From Pelomyxa schiedti (Eukaryota > Protista > Evosea): a stretch of 64,000 nucleotides of DNA. Of this stretch, positions 49,883 to 63,470 are shown in pieces. Made by a program: the position numbers and the translations under genes. The stretch lies in assembly GCA_020536535.1 (NCBI GenBank), contig JAHLWZ010000582.1, positions 1 to 64,000 of the forward strand. The letters run 5' to 3'. Below the pieces are notes generated by a model. It had not been told where the DNA came from and searched no databases. It saw only the letters and a program-made list of their open reading frames with translations. Positions within the stretch are counted from its first letter, which is position 1; each line of letters starts with the position of its first letter.

Positions 49883-52090
49883 TTAATTAACTGATGGGGC
49901 CGGAACCACAGCGGGGGCTGTGGCTGCTGCTGGCGTTGTTGTTTGCTGTGCGGGTGTGGGTGTGGCGGGTGATGCTGTTGGTGTTGCTGTGGCTGGCTTG
50001 GGGGCTGGTTTGCTGGATCCGGGCTTGGGGTGTGATGCGGCATGTGGTACTGTCTCCTTCAGGGACGGGAAGGACTCGGGCTTGGGCACTTCGGGGATGA
50101 TCTTCTCCTTCTTGGGTGCTTCCTCCTTGGGTCTCCTGTCCATCCTGGGTGGTCGGCGGGATGCTTGAGCCGCATCGGTGGGTGCGGGCTTGCCTGGAAC
50201 GGCAGTCTCGGGGGTGGCACCCTTGGGGAACATCCTTGGGGGGCGTTCGCGCTCCTTAAGCACCACCTTGATGCCCAAGTCAGCAATAAGTTGTTTGGTG
50301 GTCTCCGCTGTGAGTTTTCCTGGTTTCTTCTTCTTCTCCGTTTTCACTGGCTTCTCGGCCTTCTTAGGCTCTGCTGGAGTGGCGGCAGCGGGGGTGGCTG
50401 TGGCATCGCCAGCTTTCTCCTTGTCTTTGGCATCTTCTGCTGCTTTTGGTTTCTCGACCTTCTTCTTTTTGGGTACCGCAACTTTTTCCTCGACCTTCAC
50501 GGTATTGTTGGCTCCATGAACCACGATTAAAGTGGGAACACTCTGAAGAAAAAATTGGTTCAACACGCAGTGAAAGGGGAAAAAAACCTTGTCCTTTGTG
50601 TCGGGCTGCTTCAATTTCCTCCTCAGGGGCTCTGATGCCCATTGAGAAGCATCCTCACCATCTCCTGACTTCCTTGGAACAGCCTTGATCAGAACGGGGG
50701 CAGGCTTCATCCTCTTTTCCTTCAAGAATTCCTCCAGGGTTTTGGGGTTCTACAAAGAAATCTTATTTCACCACCTGGTAGAAGAAAAAATACCTCAGGC
50801 ATAACAAACTCGATCTCTTCCTGGCTCTTGGTAATGGCAGAAGCAGCGTTCTTTGCGGCAATGCGGGGCAATGCGACAGGTACTTTCTTCTCGGGCTTCT
50901 TCTCGGCGTTGTCTGTCTTTTTCTCCTCAGTCTTGGCGGGAGCAGGTTCCTCTGCACCCTCTTCACCTTCTGCTGGACTGCAAAGACAATCAAAATCCTA
51001 TTCTACGCAACGTAAGTACACACGCTTCAGCTTCCTCTGTCTTTTCCGTTACTGGGCCGGTGACTTCAAGAGTAACAGGGGCACTAAGACCATAAGTAAT
51101 TATAAACGTTATCAAAAACTCACGTGAGAGCGGGAGGAGCAATCACAGGCTTGGGGATCTCCCTGTTGTTAGAGTGAATAAAATTAAAAGAAACAAAAAT
51201 AATAAGGACATACTTAGGAGGCTCTGGGGTGGTGATGGGGGCGGGTTCACCCTTCTTGAAGATTGTGACTGCACGTATATTGTAAGGATAAACTGAGACT
51301 CGAACGAATAAAGAAACCTTTAGGTTTGGGACCAGCTGGTGTAGTAGAAGCGGGAGCTGCCGCAGTGGGTGCACCACCAAAACCAAGGGGAACAGGCCCT
51401 TTAGCACCAGGACCTGCAGTGGTCATAACTGGTTCGGTCTTCACAGGCTCCTTTTTCTCGGGCTCTGCTTTCTTCTCGGGCTCGGGCTTTTTCTCTGGCT
51501 CAGCTGTCTTTTCAGCAGCCTTGCCCTTCTTGGCATTCTTCTTAGGCTTATCACCTGTTTTGGGTTCCTCCTTGGGTTTTTCTTCTGTTGCCTTTGCTGC
51601 CTTCTCGCCTTTCTTTGTTTTTTTCTCTGCGGGGGCTTCTACTTTCGGTGCTTCAGGGGCCTTAGCTGTTTCTTCTTTAGCTGCCTCTGGTTTGGCTTCT
51701 GGGGTCTTGGCGGTCTTGGATTTTCCTTCCTTCTTAGCCTTCTCTTTCTCGGCTTCTTTCTTCTTTAGAGAGGCAACGCGTTCTTTTGGAGGCAATGAGT
51801 GACCACCAAGGGGGTAAAACCATACAAAAAAAAACCGCGGCACAAGAAATAAGAACGTTGTAAAACACAAGATTTTAACGAAAGGCAGGGAAAGAAAAAA
51901 AAAAGGAAAAAACCGAAAGCGTGACGTTACGCATTGTAAGTGCAAAAAAAAAAAAAGAAAAAAAAAGCGTATGAGGTGGGTGTGACTGACTTTGCTTGGA
52001 CTTTTGCTGGCCCAACGCTCTGGACTTCGCCGTTTCCACGATGTTGTCTGCATCGGCTGTGCCTAGCACAGCAAAGGGGTTTGCTTGCAT
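49883..52090 (-). CDS. Lys/Glu/Pro/Ala-rich protein with Stm1/SERBP1-like motifs (putative RNA or ribosome-binding protein)
   Basis: N-terminal NPFAVLG, internal PKTLEEFLKEK, C-terminal ESFPSL; otherwise low complexity; multi-exon. Confidence 0.5.
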
Positions 52091-52579
52091 CTTGTCCTTA
52101 CGACACTACTACGGGCACCGCCGACGGGCGCGTGGGGTGAAAGATGGGAAAAAGTTGTGAAATTCTGAAACAATCGAAGGGGAAAAAAAAAGACACGAGG
52201 CGCAGGGGAATTGCAATTGATCTTTGACATGTTTGACATCACTCTGTATTTTTAGACTCGGAGATACGGCGAGATACCGGCGCTTAAAATGAAGCAAATT
52301 TTAAGGGAACCTGCTTAAAATAGACGAGTCGAGTTTTAAAATTTAGAAACAACGTGTTTTTTCCAAACGACATAAATTAATGTTATGTAAGAGACAATCA
52401 CTTGTGTCCGGATTTTCTTTTAGCTTTCTGTCCAAGAAGAGCTTGTTTGTCTTCTTCAACACTGAGAATATGTGTGAGATACAACAAAATATAAGTGGAA
52501 TGTGCATACTGTTGGATGGAGGATGCATCAGAGTAGTAGCCTATTGTGGGACACGTTAACAAGAAGAACCACAGGAGTA

Positions 52580-54577
52580 TTACATACTGGTTGTGTATGA
52601 AGAACCAGTGTCTTCAGAGGAGTTATTTCCACAGTTTGCCAACTGTGAGTGACTAAGCTTACAAGCAATATGGAATTTGGTACCTCAACATCATAGTCGT
52701 GGAAAGGTTCCTCTGGTGGAAGCTTTGGGGCAACACGAACCATAAGCAAGTATCTCTGAGTGAACCAATACCATGTCAAAAGGAACAAGACGATTGTGAA
52801 ATTGGTGACCAAGTCAACGTCTTGAAACCACGTTGGTGCGGCTGGCGTAACTCCAAACTGAGTGTACACGAGATGGAAAAGTAAAAAGTCTAAAATGGAT
52901 ACTCCCGCAATCTTGCGAAGTTTGTAAGAAAAGATTTATAAAGGAGGAGGAGATGTACGAAGAAATAAGCGAAAATAGCATGAGCGGTTTTACTGGAAAA
53001 AAGAGTTTTGAAGGTATCCCCATATAATCCAAAACAAACAGCGGGTGCAAGGGGGTAGGAGCCACAGGTAGTACAAAAGTGCCAAATATCGGCTGGTTTC
53101 TATCATAAAGATTTCAGTGGATTTTAGAGTCGAGTTCCATACTCCTTGCGGCCAACAAGAGCTTGCAATGAAGTATATAATTAAAGTAGCCGAAGTCGCA
53201 TTAAACCACCATGCACCGGTCATAATCAGACCCTTAGAATATGGATGAACACTGGAATGTAGTTTTAAAAAAAAAGTCACAAAAAGAGGAGATACAAAGT
53301 GACAGTTTCCCAGAAGGGCTTTGTCCAAAGACCAGCAGATAATTGAGTTACAATAGCCATCTGAGTAACAGCAAGGTACCATTGCAACAATATCCAGTCC
53401 GGATTGGTTCTACCCAGACCACATATCAAAACGACAACAAGGAACCAGACAAGCCAAGAAAAGCTATACCTACAGAGAGTTGATATTTTTTTTAAACATG
53501 TTAAAATGGTTACCAAAAAATTCCACGTAGGTGGAGGGTTTTCGAGAATAGAGCAGGGTTTTTCACAGACGGCCATTTGGTGAACTGTACTGGACCCCAG
53601 CAAGTGTCCTCCCAAGCACCGCAAAAGAAGCCTCTAGTCTAAATTAATTGAGAAGGAATCCCGAGAACTTACGTAATAATGAAGCTGATGTGAGCTGTGA
53701 CCAGTCTCTTAGTTTCCTTGAAATACATGCTAAGTACTGCATTGTGCAGGAACCACATGACGATTGTAACAATAAATATGATAATCTTTGTTTGGTGCAT
53801 TAGTTTCTCTAGAAAACCCTTTTTTGACACACATAGCGATCCATCCCTTTAACGCTAGGTTCTGGGGTTGCCTGCGGAACACTTGGATAGAAATGCACTT
53901 GGTATATTGAAAACTAGTTGGAGAATCAATCGGCGATGACTTATAACAAAATCAAGTACCAAGATGTAATAGCCCATAAGTGGTACATACATTACCCCGA
54001 ACCAGGCCCCATTTTTATAACGCCAGGCCCAAGCAATTATTAGCATTGCTAAGAAGGTGATAAGTAGAGGTTATGAAGAAAAGTAGTTATTTCTGTATGT
54101 GACAAAAAAAAAAAAAAAAAAAAAAAGTAGAGAGTTAGTCCTACAAAGGATTGTAGAGATTAGCAGTGGAAGCATCCATGTTCTATTGCCCCACCGCAGC
54201 TGCCAAGTTGGTGCAGGACCAGGACGAGGAAGTTGAGAAACTGCAGGAAGTACAGTTGCAGGAATCGAGTGGCCCGAGACCTCGATTTTGGGGGCAGTGT
54301 TCGTCATTAAGGGAGCCGCGAGGCGAGAGCCGGAGCTGGACCCGGATTTACTGGAGCCTCCCGAGGACTTTGCTTTCGTCATTATGGTATCTGTTTGGGG
54401 AGCGTCAGGGAGGGCAGACAGCGCTGCCATTGACGACGCCGAGGCAGGGATGCCGCGGGCTGGAGGGGCACTGCTGGTTGCGATTATGGGAGGAACCGAT
54501 GTGGCGGGAGCGACGACGATGGCATCGTTTGGGGGAAGCTGCGGGGGTTCTATGGAATCCAGTACGCGGTGGGCCAT
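52580..54577 (-). CDS. Multi-pass membrane protein of unknown function
   Basis: Disordered N-terminus (MAHRVLDSIEPP..) followed by many hydrophobic exons (LIIAWAWRY, FSWLVWFLVVVLICG, FTIVLFLLTWYWF). Confidence 0.6.
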
Positions 54578-54895
54578 TTGTTTGCCCTTTTCTGTGGTAT
54601 TGGCTGGTGTTGTTGTGTTTCTTGATTTGTTGTTTTTTGTTCGTTCCAGCAAAACGGTTGTGTTATCCTCGGAAAGAGCAAATCTAGACTGTTCCCAGAA
54701 GCCTTTTTTGCCTAACCACTAAGATTGGATCATCCATTTATAAACTCTCACTCCCCTGTCACTACTACTCTCCCGGGCTCCTCAGCCCACCATTTTTCTG
54801 CGCCACTAGTAGCCCATTCAAAGTGAAAAACAATCCACGGCGTTCCACTGCGGCAAGGACTTGCCCGTAGAAACGAAAAAAAAGGAAAAAAACCA

Positions 54896-57067
54896 ATGAG
54901 GAAGTTCATCACAGGCAACAAGACCACACAGCCACAATCAGCGGCATCCACAGCCGCAGAAAGAGCTCCAACGGGATGTGCATCGTGCACCGCAACCACC
55001 ACCAGCGGGCACCAAGTTGGCGTGTTCGGGGGCACACTGGAGGGCGCAATGCGCTGGGGTGGAGGGATTATGGGAGAAGGGTGCAGCGGAGCTGGGAAAC
55101 GCGACCACGATCGCGATTACGGCAACGAGGACGAGGACGAGGACGAGGGAGTGCCTGCTGTGGTATCTTTGACTGTGGGAATTCTGCGCCATCGTGGTAC
55201 TGGGACCAGGATATGGTCATTGTCTATTTCGGTGGTTGGTTGTAGTGACGACTTGTACTTGTGGGTTTTGGTTCTGGTTTTGGTCTTCGTATCGTCATTC
55301 TGAACAAAAACAAAACAAACAAACAAACAAACAAACAAACAAACAAAAAAAAAAGGACTTGATGAGGAAGGGCTATTTCGAGTCTGTGGTAATGCAGCAT
55401 TGATGCGTAAGATGCAAGAATTCTTTCAAGGTATTCACTTCTTTTCTCTGGCAGATTATTCATATCAATCAAGATCCAAACACATATAAACTCAGCAATG
55501 AAGCGCAACGGGCACGCCTTGATAAAATAGTTGGCCATGACGTGCATTCACTAGCCGGAGTTTTGAAAAAGTTGGTTATTCACTTCTACTGCCAGTACTC
55601 ACTTCCAAAGGTTTCTTCGTGATCTTGCCAGTCCTATAGTTCCTGAGGGTCTTTATAACGCATTTATCTTAGCTGGGGGTATAGCACCAACAAATGTGCA
55701 CTTAATTAATCGAAAGTGTCATAAATTCAGAAATCACTGACCTATACGAAAAAAGGGTATGTATGCGTCTTCTTGTCAAGGCCCTCCCTGAGTTGAACAG
55801 GTTGTTTCTTCAGCTTTTTCTGCCTATACTCATTGCCTCAGGAAATTGATGCACTATATGGTCAAGTTTCTGAGGGATGTGGCGGCGCACTGTGAGGTGG
55901 TTCCTATATATCACGGTTTCCACTTAAACTTTCACAGAAAAATAGAATGACCTCAGAAAACCTGGCCATTGTCTTTGGGCCAAGTCTCCTTCCAGGTCCA
56001 GCAGACAAAGCTCTTTTACATGTCAACAAACTACCGGTTGTTATTCGCAGTTTTATTGATGATTACCAGGTCCTCTTTGAAGTAAGTGCTTTAAATATTT
56101 TTTGTGGCTGAAATCCACCCAGGGCCAAGTTATAACCCCACCATATTCTTTACCCATTTTTGTAACACCACCATCCACTCCCCTCAAACCGCCTCCCTCT
56201 CTTAATGCAGCAGGGAAGGATTCCAAGATTACACAAACAGCTGTGCGTGTCCTAAATAATTTTCTCCATTCCTAATTCCTTAAACAAAGACCCCCACATC
56301 AAATAAAAAACGAAAAACCAACCAAGGGGGAGCATGCCCTTGTACACCACCTTTCGGTTTATCTGATCCTCCTATACCTCCTCCAGAAACTCCAAAAGTT
56401 CACATAAGGCCCCCACACCACCGGCACAGGCATCACAACTCTCAAACTGGCGATACCAAAGTTGACCCTATCAAAAGAATGATGGATTCACTCACGGTCC
56501 CTTCTTCTTGCCATTTCCAATTCCTTATGGTACCCAGGAAGCTGGACTGCAGTGTCCTGTAATAGGGCCGCCTCCTAAAGATGTCACTGCCATAAATCAG
56601 ATGAAGAAAGATCTGAAAACAACAATAATAGCTTGGGAGACCTATTTCCGGACTCACCAAGGAAGAGATGTGTGCCCAACACAGATGCCCTGTTCTTAGT
56701 TATCAGAATTACCGTACTAACATTTCACAAGCCTGCCACAAGGGATAGAGAAAAAGTGAAACCTCTTTATGCACAGTACTTCCAAATAAAAGCGGCTCTC
56801 CTACACAACACCACACAGCACACCCCTTCAAAAAGAGAAGAAAAACCTTCCGTTCCAACTCCATCCCACACAGTCCCTTCTTTTCCAGAATCACCATCCA
56901 TCATTCACCTACAAATGAAGAAACCATCGGCATTGGGTCGTACACCCACCAAGAATACACCAAAAAGGCTTCCTGGCACTCCTTTTAGGTTAGGATTTTA
57001 TCCCTCTATTACTATCACTAACATTATCACAAGACATGCACACAGGCGTTCGTCCCTTGGACTTTGA
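54896..57067 (+). CDS. RhoGAP with FAM13A-like C-terminal helical domain
   Basis: VFGGTLE, VPAVV, GLDEEGLFRVCG (Arg finger), DVHSLAGVLK, FLRDL, NRMTSENLAIVFGPSLL; C-term KKDLKTTIIAWETYFRTHQGR|P..DREKVKPLYAQYFQIK. Confidence 0.88.
55303..55353 (+). repeat. (CAAA)n microsatellite inside an intron
   Basis: aacaaaaacaaaacaaacaaacaaacaaacaaacaaacaaac followed by poly-A. Confidence 0.85.
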
Positions 57068-57147
57068 ATTTTTTTATGTAAAAAAAGAGGAAAAAATTTT
57101 CTGCTTGTACAGTTGTTTTACTACACAAAGCCAGACAATAAATGAAT

Positions 57148-58187
57148 TTATAGCAATGTACACCTTCTTTTTGAGGGTTTGCGTGTGTCAGAGCCATCTC
57201 CAACCCTCAAAGGACATTTGCGCATTTCTCGCACCAACTGCAGAAACACTTGATCCACATTCACACGGTTTTTTGCAGAGGTGGCAAAGAAAGGCATGCC
57301 CTGTTTGCTTGCAAAGTCCTCAGCATCAGACTGAGTGACTTGAAGCTGATCAGCCAGATCAATTTTGTTTCCTACTAGTATAAATGGTACACTATCAACA
57401 TCTTTGACTTGGAGTAGTTTCGTGTGCAGTGGGGGGAGTTCTTGGAATGTCTGAAGTGATGTCATGGAGAACACAAGTAGGAATCCTTGACCATTTCGTA
57501 TAAATCGATCCCGCAGTGCTGAGTACCTGAGCGGTAGAAATGAGAAAAAGCTCGTGACCATGGCCCGTTTTAAAACGGACAAGATGGGACTCACTCTTCT
57601 TGACCAGCTGTATCAAGGATGTGAAGAATGCACGGTACCTCATCAACACTTATTTGCTTTCTGTAGGAATCTTCGATTGTGGGATCATACACCTCTATGG
57701 AAATATTAGTACGGACGAAATGCTTTAGCTCAAAAAAAGTTGGATACTTACCAACAAAATGATTTTGAACAAAAGAAATTGTGAGAGCACTTTTCCCAAC
57801 AGAACCGGAACCAAGAACGCAAATAGTGAATTCATCAGACCGTGCACACACAACAGGTTTCTGTGCCTTTTTTTTTTGTACATTAGTAAGTCAAGTTGTT
57901 ACGTTAACATCCAGATTTCCTAAAAAGTTTTCTTCATAAAACCCATTCACATTAGAATAATAACAAACAACAAAAATTACCTTTGCCTTGTCGTCGCCCG
58001 ACGATGGCGACCGGGATCTCCTGTCACCAGGCACGTTCAGTGCATTCGGAGAGGGCGAGGGCGACGTGGACGGCGACGGCGAAAGCAGCGACGTGGGAGA
58101 CGGCGACAGGGACGATGGGGACGACATCAGCGTGGGCGAATTGGTCGGTGGCGTGGCGGGGTAGGTCTGAATGGCACATGCCGACAT
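57148..58187 (-). CDS. Ras/Rap-family GTPase with Ser/Pro-rich N-terminal extension and CaaX (CTLL)
   Basis: [29 protein letters not shown]|YSALRD, GNKID, TSAK, C-terminal KRRCTLL. Confidence 0.93.
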
Positions 58188-58645
58188 TATTATGGGATTG
58201 AGCAGGGGTTGGGGTCTTGGGAGTTGCTACCACACTCAGTGGGCTTTCGAGGTTTTTGAGGGTTGGGGATTGGACGGAATGGGAGAGATAATGCTGTTGT
58301 GTTTTCGGTGTCACGTTGTTGAGGGGGACGCCGTTGGTGGTGTTTTTTCTTTTTTTTAATTACGTGTGGTTTGGGGCACGGCTGGAAACGGTAAGCCCAA
58401 GGAAAAAAAATCCGCTGTGTGCCGGTAGTTTTTTTTTTTTCGTTGTGCTTTCATTGATTGGAAGGATCATTAATAACATTAATTGGGCAGTTGCGAGTTT
58501 CGTCTAATCCTGTTCCGGTTCCGTTTGTTCGTTTCCTCACAAAGAAACTCTGGTTGCTTTCGTGCGCTTTTTCTTAGTATTGGGGTTCCAATACCCACAA
58601 CAAAGAGGGAAAGACCCCAAAAAAAGAGGAGCCCCCAACGCCTCG

Positions 58646-59597
58646 TCACAGCCTCTCATTTGGGGGACGATCTCCGCCTACTTGCTGGAAGAAATGTGCA
58701 TCTGAATCGCCGGCCCTGGATGATACTCGCACCAGGGGGTCGATACTGGAAGCCACAAACAGCAGAGAGCCAACAAGGAACGCCGCGGAAATCAGCCACC
58801 TCTGTGCCACAGCGCCTTCATACCAGAATCCAAGAACGCTTGCTATGAGGAAGAATGCAGACCCACCGAGTGAAACCATCGTCGATGGGTGGGTCCCAAT
58901 GCCGCTGCAACGGCTTTGCTTGGTATGCCCATGATTGTCGGTGCTATTGTGGACATGTGCGCCATGTTTTGCTGCTTCTGTTGGTATTGCTGGTGGTGTT
59001 TGTGTTTCTAGGAAGTAGGAGAAGACGAAGAGGACTGAGCCTACAGTGGAGGGAATCCAGGTTCCGGCATACTGTTCCATTCTGGTATCTAGTCCCACGG
59101 TTGCCGGCACAAGACAACTCACTCCAAATACTATGGTGCCAATGAACAAGGCCGAGGCAGATACCACCTCACGCCGGCGTACGGGAGTGGAATGTTTGGC
59201 AGCCCTTCGTTTTAGTGAGTGTTGGTCTTTGTTGTTGTTTTGATACATCACAGAGAAGGTGGCTCCACCAATGAACAACAATGCGCCGGTGGAGTACTGT
59301 GACCCAACAAGGGTGCTCAATCCCACAGGGTCGATTAATGACATGGCTGACCCTGAACTAAACAGCAGTGCCCCACATAAAAAGGATACAGCAGAAATCC
59401 ACCTACACACCCACGACACGTCTCCCCCGTGGCTTGCTGTTGAATGCCGAAAAGCATTCGGGTTAGGTCAACTTGAACACAATCCTCGTATTTGTTTGCG
59501 AAACAGTATTAAGAATTTTTACTAATGGCAACACACGGTCGTGGCTACCAAAGTGCGTGGCGGTTTGAAACCACCTCGCTGAAACATGGAATGGCAT
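58646..59597 (-). CDS. Multi-pass membrane protein with YrhK-like repeats
   Basis: Repeated (F/L)xxGxxxFxxxS helices: FLCGALLFSSGS, LFIGTIVFGVS, VGSVLFVFS, GGSAFFLIAS, FLVGSLLFVAS; 5' end uncertain. Confidence 0.55.
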
Positions 59598-59736
59598 CTC
59601 ACTTCATAAATTTTGAGAAACGGTGGTTTTTCAAGTAAAAAAAATTTGGATCGGTCTGGTGTTTTTTTTTATTCCGGCATTTGTTGAGCTGGTGTATGTT
59701 GTAGTGCTCCGAGTGCACCCGAAAATTATGGTGCTT

Positions 59737-61219
59737 TTAGGACCTGGTGATCATTGAGAGTGAGTGTTTGGGGCAGAGGGTGGTGCATAGCCCACAGCCA
59801 TAGCACTTGGTTGGGTCAACTTTCCATGAAGCTGGTGAGGTGGCATCACCTTTCTTCACGAGTATCTGTTTTTGCACTTGGGTAAGCTGTGATGTAGGGT
59901 TTATTTGCGAGACACACCGCTTCAAATGGACAACCGCGTTGGCACACTCCACAGTGAACGCAGGTGTCGTTCACAGAAGAAATCGGGGGGATGAGATTGT
60001 GCTGTACGGGAAGGTGTGCAAGAGCACGTCCGCGTAATTGAGTAACTGAGGAATAACCCTTGCGCTGTAGGAAACTGGTAACGCCAGTCACTAGGTCTCC
60101 GAAGACTTTAGGTCCCTGGTAAATTGCTGCTGTGCATACCTAAGTAAGCTTTAGTACACCTTCGGACATTTCAGTGTTTGGAAGTGTACCTGCACACCAC
60201 TTGCACCAGCGAGGAAGAATTCTACTGCATCCCTCCATGATGTGACACCACCAACACCAATGACTGGAACATCGGGCATGGCGGTTACAAGCTGGGAAAC
60301 CCAGTACAATGCAATTGGGCGAATAGCAGACCCTGACATCCATCCCTTCCCACCACTGCCTCCAAGGAGAGGGCGCTCGGTCTCAATATCAAGAGACAAG
60401 CAAGGACCAAGAGAATTCATAACAACAAAGCCATTGATGCCACAGGAACGCAGTTGCTTGGCAAGCTCAATTAGGTCGTGGCCATGTGGTGAAAGCTTGG
60501 CGAATATTGGTTTTGTGGTGCTCTAAACCAAGTTAAGATGATAAAGGACCAATGCATTAAACATACCTTCCTAAGAGCCTGAGCAAGGGCTGTTATCTCG
60601 TCGAGTTTAGTATAGTGGCAGGAAAATTCAAACGCATCAACAAGGGGGTCAACTTTGGGAACAAGAGCCAGCATATCAGCAGCAGAGTAGCCAACACTAA
60701 TTAAGGTGAGACAATAAAAATAATAAAAGAGGAAAGGAGAAACCTTGCAATTAATGGAACTCCAGGAACACGAGCAGCGGCATATTCGCGGGCAATCCAG
60801 TCCTCTAAAGGTAAAGTGAGTTTCATAAGCTCAACATGGGATACAGGAAGCTTAAAGAGGCGCACCAGGAGGTAAGTCGCTCCACAACTCTACATTGAGC
60901 ATACTGGTAGCCAAGTCAGATGCCGGTCTAGCCATACAAGGCCTATCGAATTCTACTTAGAAATGCCCCATAATGTTTTGTTTGAAACTTGAGACCACTC
61001 AAAAAAAAAAAAAAAAGCGTGAGGAGTTGTAGGGAACCTTGGGACCTGAGCAGCTGAGGTGCTAATTGTTTTGCACACGAGGCCACCGGAGCCGCCGTTG
61101 GCGCACGCCACCAAACACTTGGCGTCACGCCCGGGGGGCCCAGCAGCTACAAAAAATGGGTTCTTAAAGTCGAGCCCTGCAATGTTGACTGCAAGCGGAT
61201 TGTGGGTAGTACTCGCCAT
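59737..61219 (-). CDS. PreA-like dihydropyrimidine/dihydroorotate dehydrogenase FMN subunit with C-terminal 2x[4Fe-4S] ferredoxin domain
   Basis: FKNPFFVAAGP, VCKTI, MLNVELWS, FEFSCHY, KLSP, NSLGP..SGSAIRPIAL, VIGVGGV..EFFLAGASGVQ|VCTAA; CVHCGVCQRGCP and CYGCGLCTTLCP. Confidence 0.9.
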
Positions 61220-61468
61220 TGCCCCTTTGTTGGTTGTTCCCGGTTTTTCGTATTTTTTTGTTTTTGGTTCGAGGATTGTGAGAATTTTTTTTGCGAGTTC
61301 TGTGAATGGGCAAAGTATGCAAAAATAGGCGTGGGTACTGGTGTCTGGTGTTGGTGTTTTTGGTAGTTTAGTGCTGTGTTTGAATTGAGTGTTGTATTTT
61401 CGTTGTACAACATTGCATCCAAGGGGTTGTTCACGTGTTCCTGTTGAACCATACTTGCCGGGTTTGGT

Positions 61469-63015
61469 TCAAAAAGGGATTACTGTGACAACACCTGATG
61501 TAAGTAGGTCCCTAGTGTACAAATTTGCGTATGACGGTACGAGGTTTGCCAGGTATAAGGAGAACAGTGTAAAGCACTGCTCTACACTGTTCTGTACCGT
61601 GAGGGGTGTTTCGAGTGGTTGTTGCGTTGCTATAGTAATTACAGCTACACCAGGACTTTCTGTTTTGTTTTGGGCTATTATTAGTTTAGTTTAGACTTAC
61701 TGGAGTGAAAAATAACCTGGGGAGGCGAATCGTGGAACGAAAGCTGTTCCTAAGTCAGCAATTCCACAAATTTGTCGTGCCAGTATTACAAAGTGAGAAA
61801 AAAGTCTCCTCCAGTCCGCTTCGTTCAGGTGAACTCTTAGGGCCCGAGTTACATAAGACCCAATCGGAGGGGGGGAGGCGATAGGAGGTGGGGGTGGTAC
61901 TCGTTCCTTTTTTTGTTTGCGCTTAATTAGATTTGGAGCTGTTAAAAGTAGGCTTTACCATTGGTTTCTCAGTGACACCCATATCAGAGTCTGTAAGCTG
62001 CTGACGCGGTGAAAGGTGTGGTGCTTGTTGTATTTGTTGCTGAAGTGCTTGTAGTTGTTGGTGAAGTGGTTGAACAGATTGCAGTGTTGGAAGTGCTGGG
62101 GAAAATGTAGGAAGCGGTTGTAGTAGGGAAAAACCTTCGATGATTGGGAAAGAATCTATGGGATCTGACTGTGTAGATTCCATGTCAGTGGGAGGTGTAT
62201 TCCGTTTTATTATTGGTCGGCTCGCTATGTATGTAGCTGGGATTAGAAGTCAATACTCACAGGTGGAATGATACGTTTTTTTCTTGCACGTAAAACAAAA
62301 GTTGGTGAAAGTAGTGAATGTGGGCCAAGCTTGACCTCCATTAGGAGAAGTGCTTTAAGATGATCCCTGACTCGAGTCAATACAACAAAACAGAACCGTG
62401 TAGTTAAAAAGTACTACCTGGAGGATGTGCAATTACTCCGAAGAGTGAATTGATATTGTTCCATTCCTTCAGGAGAGGTTTTTGCACAGGTTTCACCATA
62501 CGGCTCAGTGACAGTAATCACTGATGTAGAAGGATTGCATGTCGGGCAGACAACAACTTCTAATGAGTGGGTTAGACAAATAAAGAAAAGTACAGGGAAA
62601 CAAGGATACCTTGTAGCTTCCCGACCTTCCTACATTGGCCAGCCAAACCCGCCGCTACTATATCTCGTTCATCCATTCCCAGTTGCTCTCGGTAATGAGT
62701 TGCAATACTCAATCTCATCTAAGGCAACCTTAGGGGGAAAGACAAAAAAGAAAGAAAAAGGAGGTACCCAGTATGAGCCATATTTATATATTTTGACGGA
62801 AGAAAGCGTGAGTTTAGCATTTGACGAGGAAATATGACCCTCATAAGGGGGAAGTTTCCTTGAGGTCACCTACATCAAGAACAAAAAATGAGAAATGAGA
62901 GGGGAGGAAAAAAAAAAAAAAAAATTAAAAAAAACAAGCAAAACGAAACACGTACCGAAGATTTTCTTGCGCTTGCAGCATCCACCAAAACCCCAAGTTC
63001 TTCGACTGCCGCCAT
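61469..63015 (-). CDS. Putative CudA-like transcription factor (paralog 2)
   Basis: Spliced: VVCPTCNP..EQYQFTLRSNCTSSR|DHLKALLLMEVKLGPHSLLSPTFVLRARKK; Gln-rich linker; 3' end approximate. Confidence 0.55.
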
Positions 63016-63470
63016 CGGACACCCAACAAAAGCGAACGGCTTCAAACAGATATATATGATAAAACACCCAGGCCGTGGTCTAACGTCTCACTCGTGCTAA
63101 ACAAAAAGGCTCGACGCCAGTCTGGCCGGAGACGGGACGACACCGTAATGCCTTTTGATGTTATGTTCGTTTGTTTCAAGAACCTACCTTCAACGGCACC
63201 AGTTCACTTCTGAAAAACAGCATTCTCTGGGGTACATTCCGGGAACCCTCCGATGGAGGGATTGAGAATTCTGGATGTGGCAGGGCGGAAAGTTACACCG
63301 TGCAAAAAAGCCTCAGATTCAGATCGTCAGTGCACATATGTGAACGATCGGTGCTCACTCCCTTTCAAAGAATGACAGACCGGCTTCTTTGGGATCTCGA
63401 CCCCTTTTGTTCTGACACAAATTTGCTTCCTGTCCTTCGGGTTGATCCCCGCCGACAAGTCGCCGCGGAG

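Noticed and set aside
61147-61452. ORF that might link CudA-like paralog 2 to the dehydrogenase
   Set aside because: AT-rich UTR/promoter-like composition, no recognisable motifs; the dehydrogenase has its own plausible ATG at 61219
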